From positions 1 to 53,187 of the forward strand of contig MQRK01216559.1 in the NCBI GenBank assembly GCA_001938485.1: a stretch of 53,187 bases of DNA, given 5' to 3'. The notes beneath the pieces are model-generated. The model had not been told where the DNA came from. It worked only from the letters and a program-made list of their open reading frames with translations, and did no database searches. Source of the DNA: Girardia tigrina (taxonomy: Eukaryota). A program made the translations under genes and the position numbers. Of this stretch, positions 14,201-26,293 are shown piece after piece (position 1 is the first letter of the stretch; every line of letters begins with the position of its first letter).

Positions 14201-17200
14201 TTTTTCATCACAAATATTAATATAGTTTTTGAATTCATTTGTTATACAAATTAGTCTTCCTCTGGAGAATTATACACATTCTATTTCCAATTTCAGAATA
14301 TAATTCTGCTAATCACTCCCTGTTGTTAATATTTATGAATTTGATAACATCATTGATTTTTTCGGATAATTCTCTGACATTTTTAAATTTTGGCCCGTCA
14401 TACACACGATCAGATATCATTTTCCAAACGTCTTCGACTATATTTAAGTTGGGATTCTTAGGTAGCCACTCCAATACCTTTAATTTTGTTTCACGTATGA
14501 CATTTTTCACTTCCGACATTTTTGCATGGGGCTATTATCCTCTTGGAAAAATATATTTTCGTCAAAATTTAATTTAATTATGGGTACTTTCTGTTAATAA
14601 GTTTATATATTCATCACCATTAAACTTTCCCTTGAATAGTCTGTATAATAATAGACCAGTGAATCTACGCTTTTTCGATATACATTTTTCAATTAGCTGA
14701 ATATTTCAGATTTTATCATAAGCAGGATATATAAAAAGAAAGTGTACCAGCTGAACTTTCAAATAATATATAACATGACACAAAAAATAAAATTTTGTTT
14801 GCTTCATTCTAATTTAAAATTACATTGCAAAATTTTCTTATCAACCTAATAATATAGATAATCAAATTCTAAGATTGACAAAAATATACATCTTAATGCT
14901 TCAAAGGTCATGTTTAAAGGGTTCAATTAAAATATTCTAATTAACGAATATTAGTTTAATATTAAAATGTTTTTATTAACTAATATTTATTTGAATATGT
15001 TTTTATATATAACAAAGTAGGAAATTTCAAGATATTAGATTTACCAAATTTTCAATTAAATTAATATTGCCTATATTTAATAATAATTTATATTCATCTT
15101 AGATGTTGAATCTCGACAAAGTAGCGACACATCTCAAATATATCAGCCAGAAACATGACATTGTCCTTATAAGAAACTTAATGAGTAGTATACATCATCG
15201 ATGGGAAAAAGTAGTTTCAAGAAGTTCCGAAAGAACAAGAAATTTGGATTACGGGTACAAAGAAGCCAAACGATTTGAAGACATGAATAAAGCTTTACTG
15301 GAAGATATAGCTAAAAATTTGGCCCAATTAGAACAAGATACATCAATAAGCCAGACGCCTTCAAAGATTCGAGAACAGATTGATAAGCATAAGGAATTTC
15401 ATTCCAATCTCGGTGTTCATAATTTGGCTTACGATGCTACCAGAAGACTTGGGTATCAATTGAGAGATAAAGCACCTATTCAGGATACCAAAAAAATAGA
15501 CGAGATAATTCATAATCTTCAGATGAAGTGGCAACACTTATGCAATAAATCAATTGAAAGGTTCTTTCATTCTTTTTTAATGAATTTATAAAAATCTGTT
15601 CACGAAATTCAGAGAGAAAGCTCTAAACGATGCATTACTTTTGTCGGGCAACTACAAAGATGCAATGGACAATTTGTTAGTCTGGTTAAGAACAATTGAA
15701 CCTAAATTAAGTGATACATCAACTGGGGTTTGTGGAGATGTCAATATTGTACAAGTAATTTAGTTCAAGTAAAAATTACTTATTTTACTAATGTCTTTTA
15801 GAATTTGCTCGCTGAACTCGCTACTATTGAAAAACAACTAAAAGATCGAGAAAATATGTTTGAGAGAATTAACACAGATGCTATGGCATTGATGATTAAA
15901 TCAGAAGAAGATTCCTCGATTATTGATGATCAATTAGCTGAATTAAAATCGTCATGGAGCAATATTAATTCGTTGGCTGAAAATCGAAGAAAACGTCTTG
16001 AAGACGCCAAAAATCAAGTAAATTTACTAATTTCCTAAGTATCAAAATACATTTTTACACATTCTCTTTTAGGCCCTTGATTTTGAATCTCAGTGGACTT
16101 CATTGAAAGACTTTTTTGCAAAGTCTGAACATGAACTTAGAAAATTTACAACTAATTCTGAAGAAGATAAAGAAGAAATTATCTTGGGTTTAATCGCAAA
16201 TCATAATAAATTCCATAAGAATCTTCAAGATAACGAAATGAAAGTAAACAATTTTCAGCAATTTGGTCATGAAATTCTTGCCAGAGCACATCCTGATGCA
16301 GAAGGTCCCATCAAGCATTATATCAATATCATCAAATCACAGTGGACTGACGTAAGAAAAATATTTTTATAATTAATTGTTTAGAGATTTCTTCTCTAGT
16401 TGCTTGGATGGTCGGAACAACGTGGTCAAAATTTGAAAGACTATTTAGATAAATTGAACGAAAGAAAATTACTCCTTGATGATCTTCTATTATGGCTGGC
16501 TACAGCTGAAGGTACTCTATCAGCATCTGAAAGTCGAGATTTGCCTTATTCATTGACCGAGGCAAATTTCCAAAATGAAGAACACGAACGATTTATTACG
16601 GATATGACCCAAAGACAAAAAGATCACGACGAAATTGTAACTCATTCGAAAAAGAAAAGTGCACTTCCAGTTCCATTTGATAAAAACAGGTATGATAATC
16701 TCTTTTTGCTTGTGTCAATCGATAAAATAACAATTTTTGTTCTTATAGACGTAAGGAAATAGAATTGAATCAAACATCGAGTAAGATCCAAGACGCAATT
16801 TTTATCAATCCAAAAGTAAATCAACTTCATTCGAAATGGAAACAAGTTTGGTTCATGATTTTGAATCGAAGAAAACGACTTCTAGACCATATTGAATATT
16901 TGAAAGAAGTAGAAAACATGAAGAATTTCAATTTCGATGATTGGCGACGAAGATATATGTCATGGATGAATCACAGTAAAGCTCGGGTGACAGATTTTTT
17001 CCGACGACAAGATACAGATCATGATGGTCGAGTTACTAGGAAAGAATTTATTGATGGAATCATCGAATCAAGTATGTTATCCTTCTTTCTGTATGAGAAT
17101 CTTTTAATCTTCTATGAAGCAAAAAAAGAAAATTTATTAAAAATACATCTCAGATTTAAACAAATTTTTTTTGAAAAAATTTTAAAAAGCATTATTAAAT

Positions 17201-20200
17201 CCCTGCCGAAAGTCATATTCTTATTTCGTAGTCATTGTACCATATAGGTTCTCTGCTTTCTCTCCCTTCAAACGTATCTAGTAACCATCTGTATTGTCAA
17301 TAATCTCCTATATACTCGACTCTAGATGCACAACATTGCTCCAGTCTTCTCTGGTGTCTGAATCATAATTAAAATCATTCTCTGAAGCAACCTGATCATT
17401 TGATCGTTTTCTGATATCCTGGACATGTCTTGGGATTCCGTCTACTTAATATTTGTTTTCACTAATTTTTGCTGTAATTGTAATATGATTCAGTTCACTT
17501 GTACATCGAACCTGTTCAATCGGCTTAACCAACACTATCTCCTACTGCAAACATTTTTATAATTGTGTTTAGTCGGCTTCTCATTTAGTTTTTCACTCAT
17601 TTCTTTCCACTGGTAATTAAATAACATTTCACTTAGATATTTAATTCCGTCTTCTTTTTTTAGGGCCGATATTATATAAATAAACAGCTTCAGCAATAGA
17701 AATATTCGAACTCTCGGCACTTCTTTTTACTGTACGATGACAGCACTCAACAATTCCGTTCGTACTTCGCCTATGCGCTCCACTTTTTACTCTATTTACT
17801 GCATGTGTTTGAATTAAAAAAAAAAAAAAAAAATATAGCTTCTCCATTGTCAACAAGACTTTTTATGGGTTCTTTACGCTCAATTTAGTTCGTCAACAAT
17901 CATTGTAGCATCGTCCGCTCTTCCCGTCCTAGCTTTTCGCCAAATTGCAAATCGACTTTACCCACAATCAATATTATTGATAAATGCGTGCATGAATTAT
18001 TTAATATTAATCGTTCGGTGATACTTAATCACTATGGCACTTAAACACTAGACACTTAATCACTAGAAATTTAATTAATTGGAAAAAAATTGATTAAAAT
18101 AATTTTTTATTGATTATTATTATTATGAAGAACAGAGTTTATTTAAACATACATATCATAAACCCGCTATGGGCACTAGCCCTGTCATACGTGTTATCAA
18201 GGCTGCGGACCAGCAGCGTCCCACCCATGTCCAAAGGGCACCTGCTCTATCTATCTCCACAGGTTGTGCAAAATATATTGCTTTGACGTTTTCCCACGTC
18301 GTTTTCTCCCACCACCTACCCAAATAAATTTCTTATTTTTTATTAAAAAAATTTTTTTAACTAAAAATCGAATTTTAATTAATTAGTGGATAAGTATGCA
18401 ACAATACGCAAATATAATAACCTTTCACTTGAAGAATAACAACAAATGGCATCAATGACTCTGTTTTAAAATTCGATATTTTTTGGTAAGTTGTTTTCTG
18501 CATTTTTAAATCATTCCTTAGTTCAATTTAAAAATTCCACAATGACGGATGATGGCACTGAAAGAGAGATTGAAGACCATAATACCATCGTTCAATACTA
18601 TTTGTGGTTCTTGCAATTCCCTCAGAGGCAGATTCAAAATGATCCCATGTTTCGATGGGAAATAAGACTGGATTATAATATAAACTTCAATTCTGCTCTG
18701 TAATAAACTTAAACAATAAACTTCTGTGCTCTCCAAGGAACCTCGACTGCCGTTCAAGCAAAGATGCCAAGGAATGACGCCATTCGCAAGGTTATTCAGC
18801 GTCTTAGAAAACACAATCAAGTAGCTCCTCCACAACCGGTCGATCGAGCTTCAATTATTATTCCGGATGCATACAGAATTTACGAAGTCGCACCAGATCA
18901 GATGGAAGAATTTATTTTATAGGATTCCGGAGAACAAGATGAAGATCTCATTTTTCTCTTTGGCCGACAGTCGAATGGTGATTTGAGTAACCAAATGGAC
19001 AGACTGTATGTGAATGGAACATTTAGCCTAGCTTCTGCTCTTTTTGCACAAATATATGTAATCATGGCAAACAGAAGAGGATTTGTGCTACCGGTTCTAT
19101 ATGCTCTGCTACCGAACAAAGAAAGAAGAACATACCGACGATTGTTTGAACCCATTAAAGAATTGTGGCCATATCTCAACCCGTCGTCAATTTCTATCGA
19201 CTTTGAACAGGCCGCAATTGGAGCTATTAGGATTGTGTTTCCGAATTTTGCAATCCATGGATGCCTCTTTCATTTGAAGAAGAACATGCGGAAGAAGCTA
19301 GCAGACGAAGGTCTGCTTAGCCGATATAACATCGATCCTGAATTCACTTTGTCTACCAGAATGATAGTCGCTCTCTCCTTTATTCCAATCGAAGACCTTG
19401 ATGGTGCTTTGGAGGCACTGGAAAACGAAATTATGGAGGACCAATAATAGATTGGTTTGAGCATGTCTACATTGGACGTCTTTTTAGCTGTATTGACTAC
19501 ACTTTGGAATGTGAAATCACTGTCAAATCTTGACTACGCCTCTTTTTTAAGTGATCAGGCAAGCTGTGAATGAATAACATTGAACAAAATGCATAGATCT
19601 GGTCTTGATCTCTGACCACAGTCTTGATCAATTGTTTAATTTCAGCCGCCGAAACATCCAATCGATCACCCGTTAGAATTTTATTTTTACCAAGCAGTAA
19701 CTGCGCATCAAATTTACTCAAACCGGACACTGTACAATTAACTTTTAACTTGCTTGGCGTTTCTTTGATAATGGGACGATAATCCCTTCCATGAGTCATA
19801 TGTCGGCTAATCTAACATCATAACGAAGATTGAGATCTCTTTTTCACTAAAACATAAACCTCAATGACACATTCAAATTTGTCAATCCAACGCTCGACAT
19901 CCTCTCCCCCATTAAAGTTCTTGAGATTCTTGATTGCTTTCCTTTCCGCGTTAGTTTGTTACAAATTGATAATAAGATTTTTAAAAGTGATATATTTATA
20001 TCTACAATATTTGTTTTATTTAAAAAATATATTACCAAATATTTAATTACATTTATTTATAAATCTAACTGGTTTTATTCATACTTTAGGAATAAAAGGT
20101 TTGTAATAAAGTCACTTTGTTTAGAAATTAATAAGTGTACAGGAGAGATCTGTGAATCTGATAACACTCTTCTAGACATCGGTTTCTTAATTAATATATC

Positions 20201-23200
20201 TAAGTGTTTAACGGTAGATGAATAGGATTCCGAAAAATTATATTAAAAAATAAGGTTAGACACTTTTGTTTGAAAGATATAAATTGTAAAAACCTTAATA
20301 ATTGTTAATTAACCTTGGATAACATAAATGTGAGCTAGATATGATTAAAGTATGGTTTCAGCATAATAAAGTAGATAAAAAAGTATAAAGTAGATAATAA
20401 AGTTATGAAAAACCACTGATGAAATTGGTTATTTCCTTTGTCTCCAAATAGAAACCCTATTCTTAAGTACTATCGTTATTTGGAAGATAGGCGACCATAT
20501 TGTCTAAATCAGAGAGCTGTTAGAAACAGGTTTTTATAATCCATTGAAAGAACAAATAAATTGGTTATTAATTTATTTATTTGTATTTATCATTAACTCT
20601 GATTTGTTTTAAAAACTTTTCAAACTAACCTGATTTTCAATAAAACTATTTAGAAGTTTTTCGCCATATATTTTCAAGTAAGCTCTATCATTTAAGAGGC
20701 ATGGAAGTATATATTTGAATATTTTTTTTATATTCGCATGTTTTGAGTAAAATGACCTTTTTGGATGTTTACTTAATTTTCGTAAAAGTTTGTTGGTACA
20801 AGCATTCATAATATGCTTGTGAATTTCTGCTTGAATATTGTTGTTTATGTATGATATTGAAGATCATTTGTTAATGGAATTTACTTATTAAGAATTCCAA
20901 ACGACTCGAGTCGAAATGGAAGTTGTTGCCGACATATTCGATAAACAGAAATCTGGTTACATAGACTATCGCCAATTCATTGCAGCTTTAAGACCCGATA
21001 AGGAAACATACCAATCTAAACCGGGAAATGAAAATGAAATTATTCATGACGAAGTGAAAAAGCAAATTTCTAAATGTACATGTAAAAATCCTTATAAAAT
21101 AACTCAATGTGGAGATGGAAAATATAAAGTAAAATATTTACATGTCTCACTTTATGTATTGTATTCAATGTAGTTTGGAGATACAGAAAAATTACGATTA
21201 GTAAGAATTCTAAGAAGTAATGTTATGGTACGTATTGGCGGAGGATGGTGTGCCCTAGACGAATTCCTAGTGAAACACGATCCGTGCAGAGGTAACGTAT
21301 TCATTATTATATCAATGGTTATCACTTATTAGTTTCCACTTCATATAATATTTCAATGCAACATTTTTGCAGACTTCTATTAACACATTACTAACGAGAC
21401 ATTCTGTACTTATTATTACTTCTCTGTTGATTTTGCACACTTTGCAACATTTTTGACTTATTCTTGTTTTTCGTTTTTCATGGAATTTTTTGAGGATGGT
21501 ACCAATTCATATGAAAAACAATATGTTTTTTCATCCGTTCACAATGTGTTAATACTGATAAAATTATGCTTTAATGATAAATTTGTAACTAAAAAAATAG
21601 TCGAAAAATAAAATATAAATTGTAGTATTAAAGAATGTTTTTTACAATATCATAATATCATAACAAGCCTTGAAGTTTTTAAACTTGTCTAAGAATTTTA
21701 TATTTTATGCAACGCAATCAACATTTGTTAAGTCATTTATTTTTGTTTGAATCTTCAATACATTACAAAGATTGAAAAATAAGATTCACGAGTCCAGTAG
21801 CACAACCAGGGGGTGCAAGGGTGCATTTGCACTCCCCAAACTTTTCTAATTATATTTAAAATTTATAAAAAAATAAAAATGAAATGAATTTGATTTGAAA
21901 ATTCAACTCAAATTCAAATTCCTATACTCGTATGTAAAAATAACATTATTTAAATTCATGTACTTATTTAGCGTTTAGATCAGTGTTTAAATACATACAT
22001 TTTTTTGAAATTTTTAATGTGTTAAAAATTATTTTTTGCTCTTCCCAATAATAATTTCTGGTTGCGCCCCTGCACAAGTCCATATTTGCATTATTAAAAT
22101 AAATCGACATCAAAAGCACAATTTCGCTAATCTCAAATACACTACTCGACACATGAAAAAAACTGAAGTGAGTTCTATATTTTCTTAGTAAGTTTCATGC
22201 ACTGATTCCAAATCTGAAGTCCATTTGATTTTACCAGGTCTAATTTTTGAGATATAGCTCAAATCTCATTTTGAGTGATGTCAAATGATGTCATGTATAT
22301 ATTACCGTTACCTAATTATCTGTGTTTATGCTTGCTTGCAATAGCAAATGTTGTCTATTGGAGCGAGAGCTTTATGTCGCACTCATTGTATTCATTCAGC
22401 ATAATATTTTAATTTCATGTTGTTCATGGAACATAAGATAGAAATTCAATCAGTGCACACACGGTGAATGGCCTTTAAGAAAGCACAATATAACCAATTC
22501 ACCCACTAATCTTGCTAAAAGAAATTCTCCTTGCTGCCTTTACCTCTATAAAACTTGATCTATTCAATCAATTCATCAAAAGTCTGGAATCTGAGAATGT
22601 CAAGGAATTTTTCACGTAGCTGAAGGAAGGAGTATTTTTTGGTCTTCAGAATAATGGAAGACAATGAGGAATTATCAGCTTTACTCAACACAAATAAACG
22701 TCGAGTGTGAAAAACACTTGTCAGTGTTACCAAAGGCTTTCTTGGGAAACATGGGGAGTAATTATAAGGTTTTAATGACTGACATCTTTAAGGTATTTGA
22801 CATACAAAAAGTGAGAATGTTCTTTAAAGTGCATTTTTGAGCTCTCCCTTGGACTTCTATCATGATGATTTTGTTTATGTGACCGATGAACATGAGCAAC
22901 GGTTCGGAAAATCTATCTTGACTATAGAAAAACTGTATTCTGGTGCGAATGTATTCTAAGGAGCGAATGATGTGTGATTTAGCTAGCTTTTGGAAGCCTG
23001 AACCTCTTTATATCCATATATATGTTCTTATTATATACTGTGTTTTGTACAAAACTGAGTTTTCCCTTATTAACATGTTACATAGTAAAGGAACTTGATG
23101 TATTAAAACGGATTTCAGATTCGGAATCAGTGTATCACTTTACTAAAGAAATGTACATGTCGTTCCAGAATCCGAAAATAATTTTTTGTCGACTAGTGAT

Positions 23201-26041
23201 GTTTATCATTCTGTAATTTAAGTCTCCATAAATTTATATTTTAAGTAATTTTTGGAATTTTTAAAAAACTAGATTTTCTATTGAAATTCAATTCGATTAT
23301 TACATTTATCATTTATTATCTTTTATGAAGGGCATCGAAACGAAACGAGCGTTTGGAATCATTAAATACTTCATTTTCTCAAAACAATAAACCTTCTTTC
23401 TTTTAAACAAAATTCACTTTGTAAAAATTGTATTATTCAAATACGGAGTTTTGAAACGTTCATAATATGTATTAGGTTATAAATATTTTCTGTCTTTGTC
23501 TCTTTCTTCTACATTCATTCGTGTATCTGTAATTTAATTATCTTGAATCTTGCCTACAGCCGGCGCGATCGTAAAAGCGTCAGCTGCAGAGAATATTTTT
23601 CTCTCGTCGTTTTATAATAACATCGTGTTAATGCTTAAAATTACGGACCCTATCCAGTGTCTTTGAAAAACTGACCAAGACAAGCCCCCATCTGCTCCTT
23701 GTTAATACACCAGTGTTCAATGTCACATGTGTCACTAAAAGAATGATTTTCACAATTTTGTTCTTTACACAAATTTCCATAAAAATTTGCCTTTGAAACG
23801 GACTTACAGTTTACAGACTTAGAGAATTTTATGAGTTTAGAAAAGTGATTAAACATAAAATAAAGATTATTCGCAAAAGATGATGCTAATGATTTGAATC
23901 CGATATGACAGACTCGACTGCGCCAGAAGCGTCTCGTGTGAGTGAGCTGTCCAAGATTCGTAAGTTGCCATTCGATTTTGGTGATTTGAAATCCTTGATT
24001 TTTAAATGGTGATGGATAATGGTGATAATAATCATTAATTATATAAATCGTATTCTTGATTGATAATCCCTGGAATTATTATTTTAGGACATAGAAATAT
24101 TGATTGCTGTTCGAATAAATCACAACGCAAAGGCTCATTATACACGATTGATAATGTAATTTCAGTAAATATTTTGTTGCTTGGTGCACGAAAAAATTCT
24201 GAACAACAATTGATTTTTGTTAAAAATATTTTGTTACGATTATAAAAGGAACATTTGCATGAAAATATTATCATAATAAAATATTGAAATATTGAAATTC
24301 GAATTTATATTAATCAATAACTACTTCAATAATTGTGAATGTATTTCATTCAATATTGTGTTGATTATAGTATCGCATTCTCGGAATTGTGAATGTATTT
24401 GTCACTTTTCCATGAATAGCTTGGAGTTGCTTGAAGGTAATGGTATGTTTGTGCGTCCTCGAGTCGCTGATTCGTGTTGTATTGGTGTGTCGTTTTTTGT
24501 TGGTGTGTTGGTGTCGTTTGATCGTTCAATATTCAAATTTCTTTAACACTAAAACTACCGGCGCTAAATGTACTCCTAGCTTTAGTAAATGTCTATCAGC
24601 GGTTCTCAGCATTTTCAAATTGGTCGCCAAAATATCCAGACATTAACTTTTTTTTCTTTGATTACCATTGTTAGGATTTTAAAATTTTAGGAAAATTTTT
24701 GAAATAAGGTTAAATTAAATATGTACAAATTAAAATTTGCATGTAATCAAATATGTAAAGGTTGAAAATAGAAATTACTAAAATTAAGAAGATCTAATTA
24801 ATTTGTTAATAATTAAAAAATTTAGAGTTTTAAATATAATATAAAAATTAAAATGTATGATTTTTATATGTAACGATTTTTAAAAATTAATAAAATTAAA
24901 CGAAACGATTAAATATTTTAAAATGTTATCGTAATTTAAAATTGATTTATAAAATTAAAATAAAATATTAATATTATAAATATTTTTATTTATATCGGTT
25001 TAAGATTCATAAAACAAATTGTTTCTCAGAAAAAATAAGTTGGTTTAAATATTAGATTTAAACATTTTTTGTGTTGTATAATAAAGTTTGGAAGTCTGAA
25101 GCAACTCTTATTAATTATTCCGAGGATGTTCCAAGAACCTCTAATAACTGTTGTACAATGTTATTAGTAAATATTAGAATTTTTAATTGTATTTATCCAC
25201 AATGAATAAGTCCATTAAAATCTCTAGATGAGAAGTAAATGGATAAATAAAAATATAAGCATCAGGCATCCATTTAAATTTAATAAGCAAACGATTAATT
25301 GATTTAGTTTTGGAAATGTTTTGATGGAAATAATGTTCTTGGTTACGTGGATCTCTAATCTAAATTTTTTTAATGGTTGGGATCACGAAATTCATTGAAC
25401 AAAATTTATAAATTTTTAATGATCGACAGAAAAAGTTTGAGAACCCCTGATCTATTTTGAAAATATTAGAAAATTACAATTTACAAGTTATTTTTAAAGA
25501 TATATTTCACATTAAATTTTAACAAACGAACAGTTATAATTTTTGAAATTGTTGAGAGAAAATTATTAATTTCTTCGTTTTGACAGATTTTGTAGTTCTA
25601 GTGTTAAAAGAGCGCTTATATAATTTCGTTTGTGTTGTTGCTTGATTATTTATTATTTTATCAAAAATAAATTTTGAACATTTTTCAGCAAAAGGACGAA
25701 CAAATTATGAGCTTCGAGAAAAGCTGTTCTCTCCAAAAGGCGCCGTTAACACAATGGCTCCATTTAAATTCAAACAGACCACCCTACCAGTGCCACCGAA
25801 AAAGTCTACCGGGGCAAAAGCTACAAGTCCGGTGTCGCCAGCAGTTGTTGCCAGTCCCTCTTTTCAGACGAGATCCAGTTACACTTTTTTATGATTAGAA
25901 CTCAGATTTATCCTTAACATATTCACAGGAATCCCCACCAGACAAACCAGTCGGCAAGGTAGCCGGACATCCACAAGACCTCAATCCAGAGACCTTAGTC
26001 CCGCATCAAACGACCCCATGTGGGGAAACGACCCAGAGTGA
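2277..26041 (+). CDS. macf1: Spectraplakin (MACF1/dystonin/short stop family), 3' portion, multi-exon
   Basis: Phase-consistent GT-AG exons read manually: 2277-2600, 2839-2923, 2977-3362, 5089-5340, 5392-5640, 5855-6061, 6111-6345, 11287-11504, 11552-11773, 11818-12258, 12618-12980, 13058-13384, 15103-15560, 15613-15754, 15802-16017, 16073-16351, 16400-16689, 16749-17071, 20893-21128, 21174-21291, 25689-25877, 25929-26041 (TGA). Spectrin repeats (e.g. [23 protein letters not shown]), then [45 protein letters not shown] (EF-hand), GAR domain and [12 protein letters not shown]. 5' part lies upstream of the window. Confidence 0.93.
3500..3535 (+). other. GC-rich 16-bp hairpin with GTAA (GNRA) tetraloop in an intron
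   Basis: CCGTCCGGTCTGCAGG-GTAA-CCTGCAGATCGGGCGG; the two non-Watson-Crick positions are G.U wobbles on the + strand. Confidence 0.7.
4264..4634. repeat. Long inverted repeat (fold-back), arms ~4264-4408 and ~4487-4634
   Basis: AAAAACAACCACGTTTTTCAAGCATTACCAATGCACTAAAAAGAGG...AAAAACGTGGGG is mirrored by CCCCACGTTTTT...CCTCTTTTTAGTGCATTGGTAATGCTTGAAAAACGTGGTTGTTTTT. Confidence 0.92.
4810..4994 (-). mobile_element. DINE-1/Helentron-associated (HINE)-like non-autonomous element end
   Basis: Minus strand reads TTTTACTACGTTTCTATTAGCTTG..TGTCTGTTTGTCTGTCTG..CCAATTGAGCTGAATTTTT: a T-rich terminus, GTCY microsatellite and core resembling DINE-1-like elements. Recognised by pattern only. Confidence 0.45.
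6940..9275 (+). mobile_element. Degraded Penelope-like retroelement reverse transcriptase, interrupted by a mariner
   Basis: Fragmentary motifs [20 protein letters not shown]|[82 protein letters not shown]; many stops and frameshifts. Confidence 0.82.
7236..8421. mobile_element. mariner-like element (interior mostly N gap)
   Basis: TIRs TTAGGTTGTTCGATATGAAACGGGTCAAA / TTTGACCCGTTTCATATCGAACAACCTAA, each flanked by TA (7234-7235, 8422-8423); ~1.2 kb size fits mariner. Confidence 0.88.
9990..10330 (-). mobile_element. Highly degraded mariner-type transposase N-terminal (HTH) relic
   Basis: Minus-strand [24 protein letters not shown] resembles the mariner FDLEDKPRSGRP motif; multiple lesions. 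Confidence 0.45.
10579..10650. mobile_element. hAT (Charlie/Buster-like) terminus fragment
   Basis: CAGTGATTCCTAGAGTGTGGTGTGCATACCCATAGGGGTACAC resembles Charlie-type ends; no partner end identified. Confidence 0.4.
13620..13735 (-). repeat. Dispersed repeat, copy 1 (related copies on the opposite strand at ~44870-44975 and ~46110-46185)
   Basis: Shared core TCATTTATTGTYATCGA.AATGAGYAAGTGTKCAAAG...AAATAGGTTTCTAAATTCCATGGATA. Confidence 0.75.
14230..14660 (-). mobile_element. Tc1/IS630-like transposase C-terminal relic
   Basis: [42 protein letters not shown] is a degenerate WP..SPDLNPIENVW motif; an upstream QDNxP-like remnant lies near 14530-14560. Confidence 0.75.
16749..21128 (+). CDS. 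macf1: Spectraplakin EF-hand exons (16749-17071 and 20893-21128) and start of GAR domain
   Basis: [22 protein letters not shown]|[33 protein letters not shown]...[29 protein letters not shown]; phase-1 junction is consistent. Confidence 0.92.
17230..18000 (-). mobile_element. Ty3/gypsy-like LTR retrotransposon integrase relic
   Basis: Minus-strand IDCG*SRFAIWR and [36 protein letters not shown] (integrase core ..NG.VER.HRT.K); a [12 protein letters not shown]-like C-terminal segment near 17410-17445. Confidence 0.75.
18146..18322 (-). mobile_element. Probable 3' end of a 5'-truncated LINE (RTE/L2-like) with (TATG)n tail
   Basis: GC-rich island. Minus strand reads [11 protein letters not shown]...GL* followed directly by TATGTATGT. 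Confidence 0.4.
18720..19480 (+). mobile_element. Mutator-like (MULE) transposase relic
   Basis: [20 protein letters not shown]...[16 protein letters not shown]...[25 protein letters not shown] (MULE DGTF/DFE/CxFH motifs). A repeated TIR-like sequence (ACTTAATCACTAG) at 18017-18066 may be its left end. Confidence 0.85.
19500..19955 (-). mobile_element. Ty3/gypsy-like gag relic
   Basis: Minus-strand [28 protein letters not shown] / [30 protein letters not shown] is gag-like. It is on the same strand as, and upstream of, the integrase relic. Confidence 0.6.
21174..21291 (+). CDS. macf1: Spectraplakin GAS2/GAR microtubule-binding domain exon
   Basis: [39 protein letters not shown], the GAS2 signature; AG at 21172-21173, GT at 21292. 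Confidence 0.95.
21795..22072. mobile_element. hAT-type MITE, copy A
   Basis: Ends CAGTAGCACAACCAGGGG / TTTCTGGTTGCGCCCCTG; 8-bp TSD CACGAGTC/CACAAGTC; homologous to 33804-34086 in opposite orientation. Confidence 0.85.
22140..23198 (+). mobile_element. Internally deleted DNA transposon, probably Chapaev3/CMC-like
   Basis: CAC...GTG termini (CACTACTCGACA / TGTCGACTAGTG) and an inverted subterminal CACTGATTCC.AATCTGAA. Relic [40 protein letters not shown]. Superfamily name is from recall. Confidence 0.65.
24597..25449. mobile_element. Possible degraded hAT MITE (or two unrelated hAT ends)
   Basis: CAGCGGTTCTCAGCATTTT at 24597 and AAAAGTTTGAGAACCCCTG ending at 25449; no convincing TSD. Confidence 0.35.
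25689..26041 (+). CDS. macf1: Spectraplakin C-terminal tail exons (25689-25877, 25929-26041)
   Basis: [30 protein letters not shown]...FQTRS|[37 protein letters not shown]. The ORF-track entry 25674-25898 is in the wrong frame. Confidence 0.82.
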
Positions 26042-26160
26042 TATATAGAGTCAAAGATACAATATTGATTTATTAGAGTGTAAATCGTTTTTCCTGTCAA
26101 TATCAGTCATATCAGTCTAGCCTATTGTGATTATGGACGCTTTATTATTACTTTTACTAT

Positions 26161-26231
26161 TATATATATATATATATATATNNNNNNNNNNNNNNNNNNN
26201 NNNNNNNNNNNNNNNNNNNNNNNNNNNNNNN

Positions 26232-26289
<58 letters not shown>

Positions 26290-26293
26290 TATA
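26161..26293. repeat. (TA)n microsatellite spanning an N gap, in/near the spectraplakin 3' UTR
   Basis: Perfect TA dinucleotide run on both sides of the gap. Confidence 0.95.

Noticed and set aside
25674-25898. ORF-track 74-aa ORF as an independent gene
   Set aside because: It overlaps the spectraplakin tail exon in a different frame; the conserved AKGRTN frame is the real one.
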